A DNA stretch of 64,000 bases from an uncultured Acidobacteriota bacterium. Lineage in GTDB: Bacteria; Acidobacteriota; Vicinamibacteria; Fen-336. The notes below the pieces were generated by a model. The model searched no databases. It was not told the DNA's origin and saw only the letters and a program-made list of their open reading frames with translations. Both the position numbers and the translations under genes were made by a program. Position 1 is the stretch's first letter; each line of letters begins with the position of its first letter. The stretch lies in NCBI GenBank assembly GCA_963744315.1, contig CAVUTB010000008.1, positions 65,349-129,348 of the forward strand. The letters are read 5' to 3'. Below are positions 1 to 13,476 of this stretch, in pieces.

Positions 1-820
1 AGGCTGCTCAACAGCTACCTGGGATCGATGGCGGACGTGGTGCTCGCGCACCAGGGCACCGTCGACGAGTTCGTGGGCGACGCCATTCTCGCGATCTTCG
101 GCGCCCCGGTCGCGCGCCCCGACGACGCGCGCCGCGCGGTGGCGTGCGCGGTCGCGATGCAGGAGGCGCTCGCCGCGCTCAACCGCGTCAACGAGGCGGA
201 AGGGCTGCCGCGCCTGGAGATGGGGATCGCCGTCCACACGGGCGAGGTGATCGTCGGGAACATCGGCTCCGAGCGCCGCACCAAGTACGGCGTCGTGGGC
301 AGCGCGGTCAACCACGCGGGCCGCATCGAGTCCTTCACGGTGGGCGGCCAGGTGCTGATCTCCGACGCCACGCTGCGCGAGGCGGGCGACGGCGCCCAGG
401 TGGGCGAGCGGCTCGCGGTCGACGCCAAGGGCACGCGCGAGCCGATCGTGGTCTACGACCTGCGCGGCTTCGGCGACGCGCACGTGCCGGGCGCTCCCGA
501 GGCGATGATGGCGCTCGCGCCGCCGCTCAACGTGCTGTGCCACGTCGTGGTCGGCAAGCGGGTGCAGTCCGAGGCGTTCGGCGGCCGGCTCACCGAGCTG
601 TCGGTGCGCAGCGGCGCGCTGCTGACGCCGCGGCGCCTGCGCGCGCTCTCCAACGTCAAGCTCGAGCTGCGGCCGCCGGACGGCGCGCCGCTCGAGATCT
701 ACGCCAAGGTCGTCCACGTCGCGGGCGACGGCCAGGTACGCGCTGCGCTTCACGCCGCTCAGGCCGGACACGCAGGCCTGGGTGGAGGAGCTGCTGGCCC
801 GGGCGGGCGCCGGAAAGTAG
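1..820 (+). CDS. Class III adenylate/guanylate cyclase with C-terminal PilZ-like domain (5' partial, frameshift near 740)
   Basis: Motifs TVDEFVGDAILAIFGAP, HTGEVIVGNIGSERRTKYGVVGSAVNHAGRIES; C-terminal beta-rich domain (GRLTELSVRSG...EIYAKVVHV); corrected frame stops at TAG 818-820. Confidence 0.9.
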
Positions 821-2899
<2,079 letters not shown>

Positions 2900-2906
2900 T
2901 AGAACC

Positions 2907-3533
2907 TCAGGACCGCGCCGCTCGTCCCTTGACCTCGACCTCGACCTCGGCCTCGCCGATGCGGATCACGCGGACGCCGTCGAAGCTGTCGCCCTCGCGA
3001 CGAGCCGGTCGTTGAGGAGGGCCACGGGCTGGCCGTCGCGCGGGCTGATCGCGTTGAGCCGGAGGTCCCGGGCGGTCGGGGAGGGAGCCGCGGCGGGCGC
3101 CGCGGCGGGAGCCGGCGCGCGACTTCGGGCGCCGGCTCGCGGGGCTGTCGGCGCGCGGATCGGGAGCGGGCGACGGCCGTTCGACGGCGGAGGATGGCTG
3201 AGGCGGAGCGGCGGCGCAGGCGGGGCTCGCTGCTCGCTGCGCGGAGCGGTGGGCGACGGCGTCGCGGGCACGGGAGTCGGTGCGACGCTGGCCGCGGCCG
3301 GTGTCGGCGAGACAGCGGCGGCGGGACGAGCCGCGTCCGGCGGCGTCGGAGTGCTGCGCATCAGCCAGCCCGCGAGCCGGCGAGCGCCAGCACCAGCCCG
3401 GCGCCCGCCGCAGCAGCAGCCGGCGCGTCCGCGCGCGCTCGCCCCACGGCACCCGAGCCCACCACGACCACGCCGCGCTCGGGCGCCTCCTTCTCGCGCT
3501 CCAGCTTCTCAGGGCCTCGAGGATCAGGCTCAC
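2907..3533 (-). CDS. gspB: General secretion pathway protein B (ExeB/GspB-like), frameshifted
   Basis: Starts MSLILEAL(RKLERE), TM segment, Pro/Ala-rich linker, C-terminal LRLNAIS.RDGQPVALLNDRLV.EGDSFDGVRVIRI; overlaps exeA stop. Confidence 0.75.
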   Translation of the reverse strand: MSLILEALRSWSARRRRPSAAWSWWARVPWGERARTRRLLLRRAPGWCWRSPARGLADAQHSDAAGRGSSRRRCLADTGRGQRRTDSRARDAVAHRSAQRAASPACAAAPPQPSSAVERPSPAPDPRADSPASRRPKSRAGSRRGARRGSLPDRPGPPAQRDQPARRPARGPPQRPARREGDSFDGVRVIRIGEAEVEVEVKGRAARS

Positions 3534-5080
3534 GAGGACCCTCCGGGCATGAGGCGCGGGCGCTCGCCGGGTCGACCGCGGCTGTAGAGCGTCATGAGCG
3601 TGCGCGGCCCCACGACGCCGTCGGCCACGAGGCTCGTCGCGCTGGAAGCTGCGCGACGGCCGCGACCAGGCTCGGGCTCGCCGTAGCCCAGGCCGGCGAG
3701 CGCCTCGCGCGTCCAGGCCTCCCGCCGGCGGTCGCGGCCGAGGCCTGCGCGTCGGGCCACAGGAAGATCGCCTCCTGCGTCCAGAGCCGTCGAGCTGGGC
3801 GAGCGGCACCTCGAGCGGAGGCTCGTCGCCGATCGCGACGATGCGCCGCGTCCCGTCGAGGCGCACGAGGGCGAGGAAGCAGGTGTCGCTCCGCGCCGGG
3901 TGGAACATCTCGAGCACCGCCGGCAGGTCGAACGCGCGCACCTGCTCGAGGTGGGTGCGGAGGGCGTGCGCTGCACGAGCGGCGTGCGTCCCCCAGAGTC
4001 CCTGCACGCGGGCGCGGCGCCGCAGCGAACGAGGCGTCGCGAGGCAGCTCGCGCACGAGGGCGTCGAGCCTCTGGCGCTGGGCGGGAGCGGGCGTGGGGG
4101 TCGGGTGCGGGCGCGCGGCGTGGCGGAGCGTCCGGGACGTCGGTCGCCGGCGTCGGCGCCTGCGCGCGCGCGGGGCAGGGCCAGCGCGAGAGCGCCAGCG
4201 CCGCCAGGCAGCAGCGATGAGGGCCGCTGCGCCGAGGCCTGGTGCCAGCGCACGGGTCCGCGCGGTCCTCGCCCTGCACCTCCGTCGCGGCCTGGCGCGA
4301 CCATCTCGGCGGTGATCGTCCGCGCTGCCGGCGACGTAGCCGGCGAGCAGCGAGCGGTCGCAGATCAGGTTGACGAGGCGCGGGATGCCCGCCGGAGAGC
4401 TCGTGCACGGCGACGAGCGCGGCGTGGTCGAAGCGCACCTTGCCCTCGCCGCCGGCCACCTGCAGGCGGTGGCGGATGTAGTCCTCCGTCTCCGTCGCGC
4501 GAGAGGCCGTCGAGGTGGTAGCGCGCGGTCACGCGCTGGGCGAGCTGCCGCAGCTCGCGGCGCGCCAGCAGGTCGCGCAGCTCCGACTGGCCCATGAGCA
4601 CGATCTGGATCAGCTTCTCGGTGTCGGTCTCGAGGTTCGAGATGAGGCGGACCTGCTCGAGCACCTCCGGCGAGAGGTCCTGGGCCTCGTCGATCAGCAG
4701 GACCACGTTGCGCCCTGGCCGCGCGCGCCTCGAGCAGGAAGCGGTGGAGCGCGTCGACCAGGTCCTTGAGGGAGTTGCCCTCCGCGGGTGACGTGCAGGT
4801 CGTCGAGGATCGAGCGCAGCAGCTCCGCGGCGGTGAGCGCGGGGTAGAGCACGACGCGCGGTGGCGGTGTCGCGGGCCGAGCTTGCCCAGGAAGTAGCGG
4901 GCGAGCGTCGTCTTGCCCGTCCCCACCTCGCCGGTGATCAGGATGAAGCCGCCGCGCTCGCGCTGCCCGAACTCGAGGTGGGCGAAGGCCTCGGCGTGCC
5001 GCCGCGAGAGGTAGAGGTACTTCGGGTCGGGAGTGAGGTTGAACGGCTTCTCGGCGAAGGCCGTACCAGGCGCTGTACAC
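3530..5080 (-). CDS. gspA: ExeA/GspA-like AAA ATPase with TM helix and C-terminal peptidoglycan-binding domain, frameshifted
   Basis: MYSAWYGLREKPFNLTPDPKYLYL, GEVGTGKTT, VLLIDEAQDL, RELRQLAQRVTARYHL, C-terminal LVADGVVGPRTLMTL. Confidence 0.88.
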
Positions 5081-5084
5081 GTGG

Positions 5085-6302
<1,218 letters not shown>

Positions 6303-6357
6303 GGACTGGTGTCCCGCGCGAGTCTAGCTCAGAAGATCAGGTCCTCCGGCTCCGCAC

Positions 6358-8975
6358 TCACCGGAACGGCGACGTCAGGTACAGGTCGTTGACCTGACGG
6401 GTGTAGCTGTAGGCGTAGGACTCGCCGTCCGGAGTCACCAGGATGCGGTACTGGCCCTGCAGGCCCGAGGGGGCCGCGCGGCCGAGCCGGTTCCAGGGCC
6501 GGGTTCGTCCGCTCGTGACGTCGACGTACTCGACTCGGGGCGGGGTCTTTTCGTAGCGCGCCACCAGCAGCTCGCGGCCGTTCGGGGTCCAGCAGATCGG
6601 GACGTCGGTTTCAACCAGGCTCGGGACGGCCTGGGGATTTCCACCGGCCAGGGGATAGAGAGCGGGGAGGCCGTCTGCACCCAGGGCCACGACTCGCCGT
6701 CCGTCCGGAGAGACCGGCCGGCCGATCCGGGGGAGACTGACGTCGTCCGACGTGACCGCCCGGGGCGGGCCCGCGTCGAGGTCCTGCACGAACACGCGCT
6801 CCGCGTCGTGGTCGTCGATCCCCGAGAACACGACCTTGCGGCCGCTCGGGTCGAAGACGGCTCGCGTGTAACGAACGACCGGCCCAGGCTCGAGCGTGCG
6901 TGCCTCGCCGGCGCCCGTCGGAACGACGATGAGCTGCTGCGGCGTCGTGTGAATCAGCACCGCCAGCACGGAGCGGCCGTCCGGGGAGATGGCTTGCCCG
7001 TCCCCTCTCCCAGCCACACGGGAGGAGAACCGTCCGTCTTCTGGAGGTAGAAGGCATAGCGCGGCCCCCCGCCCTGGCCGGTGTCCGTGCCGAGGATCTG
7101 CGTCCCGTCGTCGGAGAGGTCGGCGAGGAACGAGAGGTCGGCGGCAGGCAGCTCCGGCTTCCTCCCCGGCGCCGCGGGCACGCGCCCGGATCTCGGTCCA
7201 AACGGTCCACTGAGCGCCAAGGATCTGGCCGCGCCTCGACACGTCGAATAGCTGGAAGGCGCCCGCTCCTTCAGCGAGCAGGCGCTCACGACCCGACAGC
7301 GACACGGCATGGACCTGGCGCGGCGCTCCACTCGACCGGGTTGCGGTGAACCAGATCTCGTTTCCGTTCGGGGACCAGCCCAGCCCGTTGAGGCCGGTGA
7401 ACCCGGAGGCGAGGGCGCGCCGCTGTCCGTCGAGGCCGACGACCGAGACTCCGCCTCTCCATCGGCGGCGACGCGGGTGCTCGATGAAGCCCACCTGTTT
7501 CCCGCTCGGGGAGACACGGAGGTCGCTCATCCAGATCGGAGGGCTGGGCTCGTAGAGGACGTGGCCGATCGGATACTCGAGCCGGCAACGATCACCCACG
7601 TTGTGAATCACCGCGAGATCCTTGCCGTCGGGCGACCAGTCGGCGTCCAGCACGCCCTCGAGGACCTCGCGCGGTGTTCCCCCCGCCATCGGTGCGCGAG
7701 CCAGGGTGCCTTCGAACACGACCAGGTAGCGACCTGCGGCCGCATGAGCAGCGCGAGCTCTTCACGGGAAGAGATCGCGAGCGTCAAGGCGTTCTCGAGT
7801 CCCAGGGGCCGCGTCCCCCCTGGTGGTCGCCCGAGTGGAGAACAGCTCCATCGGGCTCTCACCGCCCGGGTGGGCGCTGTAGAGGATCGTGTCCCCATCC
7901 GGTGCGAAGTGTGCCGACTCGATACGACCGAGGCGGAACGTCAGGCGCTCGTAGGCTGCCGGCGTCGGAGCAGGCACCGTTGCGCGACCCAACCAGAGGC
8001 CGAGGCCGGCTGCGACGCCGGCCAGCGCCAGCGCCGCGGCCACGGATTTCCAAACCCTCGAGCTCCGCCCAGCTGGCCGAGGCTCGCCGGCCACGATCCT
8101 GACTTCCGCGGTCGCCCCTTCGAGTGCGAAGGCCAGGTCGCGCGCGGACTGGAAGCGATCCTCGGGAGCTTTCTCGAGGCAGCGGCGCACGACGCGTAGC
8201 AGGGCGGCCGCAAGCGCCGGCTTCGTGCCGACCGCTTCGGTCGGGTCTTCTCGCAGGATCGCGCTCAGGGTGTCGGCGACGGTCGTGCCCTTGAAGGCCC
8301 GCTTGCCGGTCAGCATCTCGTAGAGCACGGTCCCAAAGGAGAAGATGTCCGAGCGGTGGTCCGTCGCGCAGCCCCGGACTTGCTCGGGCGACATGTAGCC
8401 GACCGTGCCGATCATCGTGCCGGGGCTCGTGCCGGTGTGGGAGAGGGTCTCGACGTCGGTACCGGCCGTTTCTTCGCCCGGCCGCCCGAGCTTCGCGATG
8501 CCGAAGTCGAGGATCTTGACGAGCCCGTCCCGGGTCAGGAACAGGTTCTCGGGCTTGAGGTCGCGGTGAACGATGCCCCTCTCGTGTGCCGCCGCGAGGC
8601 CGCGCGCGATCTGGACCGCGTAGTCGACGGCCTGCGCACGCCGAGCGCGCCCGTCGCCATGCGGTCGCGGAGCGTCTCGCCCTGCAGCAGCTCCGAGACG
8701 ATGTAGGGCGAGCCGTCGTGCTGTCCGGTGTCGTAGACGGCGACGATGTTGGGGTGGTTGAGCGTGCCGGCGGCCTTGGCCTCGTGCTCGAAGCGTCGCA
8801 GCCGCTCGACGTCCTGCGCGAGGTCGGCGTGCACCACCTTGAGCGCCACCTCGCGCGACAGCCGCTCGTCCCGCGCGCGGTAGACCTGCCCCATGCCGCC
8901 CTCGCCGAGGAGCGCCAGCGACCTCGTACGGCCCGACGCGAGCGCCCGGGCCGAGGCTCGGCGCGCTCCCTCACG
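6358..8975 (-). CDS. Ser/Thr protein kinase with TM helix and TolB/WD40-like beta-propellers, frameshifted
   Basis: Kinase subdomain motifs at 8200-8900; repeated WSPDG/SPSGK/FDPSG/SPDGR motifs in the C-terminal half. Confidence 0.9.
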
Positions 8976-9615
8976 CCACGGTTCCCGTCTCGGTCGTGCT
9001 GTTGCCGGCCGACGTCCGAAACACGAGCACGGCCGGTCCGATGCAGATCTCGTCGCCGTCCGCGAGCTCCGCGGCCATGGTCACCGGCTGGCCGCGCAAG
9101 AAGGTTCCGTTCTTGCTGCCCAGATCCTCGAGGATGGCTCTCGCCCCTTCGACCACCACGCGGGCGTGGTGCCGCGACACGCGCGCGAGGTCGATCACGA
9201 TGCGGGCGTCCGAGGCGCGGCCGAGCAGATTTTCGCCTTCGACGAGCGGGATGTGGCGCTCGGCCCACACGAGGCGGCACCGGGCCGGCGCTCCGCTGGC
9301 CGCGGCGTCGGCGACCGCTTCCCCGCAGAAGGCGTAGCCGAAGCGGTGGATCGTCCGCAGCAGGAGGGGGGCTTTCGCGTCGTCACCCATCGCGGACCGG
9401 ACTTCGGCCGCCAGCCGGGCCAGGCTCGAATCTTCGACGAAGCTGTCGGGCCAGAGCCGCTCGTGAATCTCCTGCTTGGTGAGGGCACGCGGCCGCTCCG
9501 ACAGCAGCAACTCGAGGAATTGGAAGGCCTTCGGAGAGAGGGCCTGCAAGGCGCCGTCCCGTCGGAGCTCCCTCGAGTCGCCGTCGAACAGGCACCGACC
9601 GAAGCGCACGCGCAC
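8971..9615 (-). CDS. Winged-helix (OmpR/CadC-type) DNA-binding domain plus FHA domain regulator (EmbR-like architecture)
   Basis: LSPKAFQFLELL...IHERLWPDSFVEDSSL...LRTIHRFGYAF; FHA motifs GR, VSRHHA, DLGSKNGT, LADGDEI. Confidence 0.92.
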   Translation of the reverse strand: MRVRFGRCLFDGDSRELRRDGALQALSPKAFQFLELLLSERPRALTKQEIHERLWPDSFVEDSSLARLAAEVRSAMGDDAKAPLLLRTIHRFGYAFCGEAVADAAASGAPARCRLVWAERHIPLVEGENLLGRASDARIVIDLARVSRHHARVVVEGARAILEDLGSKNGTFLRGQPVTMAAELADGDEICIGPAVLVFRTSAGNSTTETGTVA

Positions 9616-9772
9616 GGCCGAACCTCCGCGGGAAATCAGAGTTGCCGAAGAACTCGCGAATGACTTGGACGGCCGCCGGTGGGATTATGCACCCACTGCA
9701 ACCGGCCACAGGGAATCGAGCAGGCCGTTCTCGCGTGGTTCTGGCGCGGCGGATCGACAAACGGAGGGTGCG

Positions 9773-10304
9773 ATGAAGAACCTGATGCTCGCGGCAGGCT
9801 TCGCGGCGGCCGCACTGGCGATGGGCGGGGACACCTTCGCCTGCGGCGACAAGCTCGTGATCGTGGGTCGCGGCATGCGCCCCAAGCGCGTCAAGGGCAG
9901 CGTGCCCGCATCGATCCTGGTCTTCGCGGACCCGAAGGGCTCGATGCCGGCAGCCCTCGAGGAGGGAAACCTGCGCAAGGACCTCGAGAAGGCCGGGCAC
10001 CGCGTACGCAGCGTCGGCGTCCCGCGAGGAGCTCGACAGGGCCCTCGACACCGGCAGCTACGACCTCGTCTTCACCGACATCAAGACGGCGCCGGCGATC
10101 GAGACTGAAGCGAAGGCCGCATCTTCGAAGCCCACGGTCCTGCCGACGCTCTTCAATCCCACGGACGCCGACCTGGCCGCCGCGACGAAGGAGTACCACT
10201 GCGTGGTGAAGGCGCCTGGAAGCCAGAAGGACTACCTGGCCGTGGTCAACGAGGCCTTGGCGATCCGGGCCAAGGAGCAGAAAGCCGAGAAGAAGAAGCA
10301 GTAA
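9773..10304 (+). CDS. Secreted hypothetical protein with a receiver (CheY)-like fold, one frameshift near 10020
   Basis: Signal peptide MKNLMLAAGFAAAALAMGGDTFA-CGDK; reconstructed ILVFAD...LEKAGHRVRSVGSREELDRALDTGSYDLVFTDI...CVVKAP; SD GGAGG; TAA 10302-10304. Confidence 0.7.
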
Positions 10305-10319
10305 CGAAGGGAGGCCGTC

Positions 10320-11267
10320 ATGCGCGTGTCAAGGGCCAGCGTCTTCGGAGCGTTCCTCTTCGCGCTGCTGATGCTCGCCGCAGCTGGGACGGTTTCGGCC
10401 CAGGCCTGGCTGCCGCCGAAGGGGGAGGCCGCGTTCAGCCTCGGCTGGAGCCGCACCTGGGCCGACCACCACATCGACTACACCGGAGCCAACGTCGCCC
10501 CCGGCGACATGGATCTGGCACAACGCCGTGTCGGACCTGAGCTACGGGATCACCGACCGCTTCGCCGCGCGCGTCAACATCCCGTTCGTGACGTCCAAGT
10601 ACGTCGGGACCCGTCCCCATCCGGCCCGGCCCGGCTACCCGCCGATCGACACCGGATCGTGGAACTCCGCGTTCACGGACTTCCGGGCCGAGGTGCGTTT
10701 CAGGGCCACGACCGGCGCGCTCGCGGTGACGCCCCTGGTGGCGCTCGTCGTCCCCAGCCACTGGTACGAGTCGCATGGGGCACAGCTCGTTTGGCAACAA
10801 CTCGGTGGAGGGCCAGTTCGGGGTGAACGTGGGGCGCGTGCTCGACCCGCTGCTGCCGGACGCGTACCTGCAGGCGCGCTACGTCTATGCGGTTCCCGAG
10901 GCGTGGGCGGGCGTCCGGCCCACCCGGAGCAACGTGGTTTTCGACGTAGGCTACTTCGTCACGGGCTCGCTCACGGTGAGTGTTCTCGGGGCCTGGTACG
11001 AAGACGCATGCCGGGTGGCGCGCCACCGTCGACTTCCCGCCCCCCACGAACCCCGACTTCTAGAATCACGACCGGCTCACGAAGAACGACTACTTCCGCT
11101 TCGGGGGCGGCGCGAGCTACGCGCTCACCGGCTCGATCGACGTAGGCGTGAACTACTACACGACACTCTGGGCCCGCAGCGACATCAACATGTCCGGGAT
11201 CGCGCTGGGCGTGACCTACGGCTTTTCCCCCGCCCAGGTGATCAAGAGGAACAAGGGCGCCCAGTGA
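10320..11267 (+). CDS. Putative outer-membrane beta-barrel protein, frameshifted
   Basis: Signal peptide; AQAWLPPKGEAAFSL; alternating amphipathic strands (LSYGITDRFAARV, GQFGVNVG, DVGYFVT, GGGASYAL, GIALGVTYGF). Confidence 0.6.
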
Positions 11268-11842
11268 TCTCGCGTGGCCGACCGCTGCTGGCCCTTGCGG
11301 CCAGCCTTCTCGTGGCGGGCCCGCCGGGAGCCGTGGCGGGACCGCCCGCTGAAATCGGGCAGCCGCTGCCGCCCTTCGAGGCGAAGGCGCTTTCCGGCGA
11401 GCCCTTCTCGCTCGAGTCCGCGACGCGGGAGCACAAGGCCGTCGTGGTGCTCTTCACCTCGACGGTGTGCCCGTATGCCAACTACTTCGCCGCCCACGTG
11501 CGCGAGCTGTCCGAGAGCTACGGACCGCGCGGCGTGCTGTTCGTGGGCGTGAACAGCAACAACTGGGAGTCGCGCGAGGAGATCGCCGATCACGCTCGCG
11601 AGCGCGGCTTCGCTTTTCCGATCATCAAGGACGAGGGGCACGTGATCGCCGACCGGCTCGGGGCCGACCGCACGCCGGAGGCATTCCTCGTGGATGCGAC
11701 GGGACGGCTGCGCTACCGGGGCTGGGTGAAGTCGAAGCAGGAGTCGCCGGACCTGCAACGAGCGCTCGACGCCGTGCTCGAGGGCCGGCCGGTGCGCCGG
11801 CCGTCCACGAAGGCGTTCGGCTGCGCCGTCGATCGCCACTGA
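11264..11842 (+). CDS. Exported redoxin/AhpC-TSA (thioredoxin-fold) protein
   Basis: Signal peptide; VVVLFTSTVCPY, FVGVNSN, FPIIKDEGHVIADRLGADRTPEAFLVD, KAFGCAV; GTGA overlap with previous gene. Confidence 0.85.
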   Translation: MISRGRPLLALAASLLVAGPPGAVAGPPAEIGQPLPPFEAKALSGEPFSLESATREHKAVVVLFTSTVCPYANYFAAHVRELSESYGPRGVLFVGVNSNNWESREEIADHARERGFAFPIIKDEGHVIADRLGADRTPEAFLVDATGRLRYRGWVKSKQESPDLQRALDAVLEGRPVRRPSTKAFGCAVDRH

Positions 11843-11866
11843 GGTTCGAGTCCCCCGGGCTGCTCG

Positions 11867-12514
11867 ATGCGCGAGCTGAGCCTGCCGGGAGCCGCGGCGA
11901 CGGCCTCGCTTCACGGTGAGGGCCAGACGATCGTCGTGCTGGGTCACGGCGCCGGCGGTAACCGCAAGAACGCGATGCTGGTGGGCCTCGCCGACGCGCT
12001 CGCCGAGTCGGGTCGTGCCGCGCTGCTCTACAACTTCCCGTACGCCGAAGCGCGCGCGCGGCGGCCGGATCCGCCCGCGGTGCTGGAGGCGGCCACCCGC
12101 GCCGCCGCGGCGCTCGCACGCGAGGCGAGCGGAGCGCGGCGCGTCGTTCACGGCGGGCGCTCGATGGGCGGACGCATCGCCTCGCAGGTCGTCGCGCAGG
12201 GGGAGCCCGCGGACGGGCTCGTCTTCCTCGGCTATCCGCTCCACCCGCCAGGCCAGTTCGAGAAGCGGCGCGAGGCGCACCTGCCGCAGATCGCGGCCCC
12301 GATGCTCTTCCTGCAGGGAACGCGCGACGCCTTCGCGCGCGCGGACCTGCTCGACGCGCTCATGGCTCGCCTCGGCGCCACGGGCGAGCTGCACCGAGTC
12401 GAGCACGCCGATCATTCCTTCGGCGTGCTGAAGCGCTCGGGCCGCACCCCCGCGGACGTGCTCGAGGAGGTTCGCTCGGCGCTGCTCGGCTGGCTCGAGC
12501 GTCACGGGCTCTAG
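11867..12514 (+). CDS. Alpha/beta hydrolase family protein
   Basis: VVLGHGAG, GGRSMGGR nucleophile elbow, LGYPLHPPG, LQGTRDAF, ADHSF. Confidence 0.9.
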   Translation: MRELSLPGAAATASLHGEGQTIVVLGHGAGGNRKNAMLVGLADALAESGRAALLYNFPYAEARARRPDPPAVLEAATRAAAALAREASGARRVVHGGRSMGGRIASQVVAQGEPADGLVFLGYPLHPPGQFEKRREAHLPQIAAPMLFLQGTRDAFARADLLDALMARLGATGELHRVEHADHSFGVLKRSGRTPADVLEEVRSALLGWLERHGL

Positions 12515-12536
12515 CGGATCGCGCGCTGGAGGCGCC

Positions 12537-13406
12537 TCACACGTCGCAGAGCGCGATCGCCTCGCGGAGCGAGGTGAGCGGATCGCGTGTCGGCACGAAC
12601 TCGTGGGCCACGTACCCCTTGAAGCCGGTGTCGGCGATGGTGCGCGCCACGGTCCGCCAGTTGAGCTCCTGGGTGTCGTCGAGCTCGTGGCGGCCGGGCA
12701 CGCCGCCCGTGTGGTAGTGGGCGATCCACTGGTGGTTGTCGCGGATGGTGCGGATCACGTCGCCCTCCATGATCTGCATGTGGTAGATGTCGTAGAGCAG
12801 CCGGACGCGCGGCGACTCCACCTGCCGCACGACCTCGACGCCGAACGGCGTGCGGTCGCCCTGGTAGTCCTTGTGGTCGACCTTGCTGTTGAGCAGCTCC
12901 ACGCACACGGTGATGCCGCTGTCCTCGGCGGCTTTCTTGACGCGCTGCAGGCCCGCCACGCAGTTCTTGATCGCGTCGGCGTCGGACATCCCCTTGCGGT
13001 TGCCGAAGAAGGCGATCAGGTTCGGCACAGCGGCCTTCTGCGCGCGGGGCATGGCGTCGATCAGGCCCTTCACGATCGCGTCGTGGTTGCGCGGGTCGTT
13101 CAGGCCGTCGGGGATGCCGCCGGGGCTCGTCTTCCAGCCCATGGAGCAGACGAGCCCGTGCTCGGCGAGGATCGGCCAGTCGCCCTCGTCGACGAGGTCG
13201 AGCGCCAGAAGGCCCATCTCCGCGGCGGCCTTGGCGAGCGCCGGCAGCGGAATCTCGCGGTAGCACCAGCGGCAGGCCGACTGCTTGAGCCGGCCCCTGC
13301 TCACGACGCGCGGTTGGGGAGTCTGTTCGGCAGCGGAGAGAGCCGGGGCGAAAGCGGCGAGCGCGCCGGCCATGGCGATCCAGTCTCGGCGGCTGATCTC
13401 GGGCAT
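12537..13406 (-). CDS. Hydroxypyruvate isomerase-family TIM-barrel protein with Tat signal
   Basis: SRRDWI twin-Arg; CVELLNSKVDHKDYQGD, LLYDIYHMQIMEGD, HYHTGGVPGRHE, HEFVP. Confidence 0.88.
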   Translation of the reverse strand: MPEISRRDWIAMAGALAAFAPALSAAEQTPQPRVVSRGRLKQSACRWCYREIPLPALAKAAAEMGLLALDLVDEGDWPILAEHGLVCSMGWKTSPGGIPDGLNDPRNHDAIVKGLIDAMPRAQKAAVPNLIAFFGNRKGMSDADAIKNCVAGLQRVKKAAEDSGITVCVELLNSKVDHKDYQGDRTPFGVEVVRQVESPRVRLLYDIYHMQIMEGDVIRTIRDNHQWIAHYHTGGVPGRHELDDTQELNWRTVARTIADTGFKGYVAHEFVPTRDPLTSLREAIALCDV

Positions 13407-13420
13407 GGCCGATATCCTAC

Positions 13421-13457
13421 AAAACGAAGACGGGGGCGGCACGAGCCGCCCCCCGTC
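13421..13457 (-). terminator. Rho-independent terminator after the metalloprotease gene
   Basis: GACGGGGGCGGC-acga-GCCGCCCCCCGTC hairpin followed on the minus strand by TTCGTTTT. Confidence 0.75.
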
Positions 13458-13476
13458 GGTTACGCGACGCCTGTCG

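Noticed and set aside
2960-3500. Pro/Ala low-complexity repeats
   Set aside because: Ordinary GspB linker, not a DNA repeat array.
11842-11860. tRNA T-loop-like GGTTCGAGTCCC
   Set aside because: No pairing T-stem, acceptor stem, D-arm or CCA, and upstream sequence is coding.
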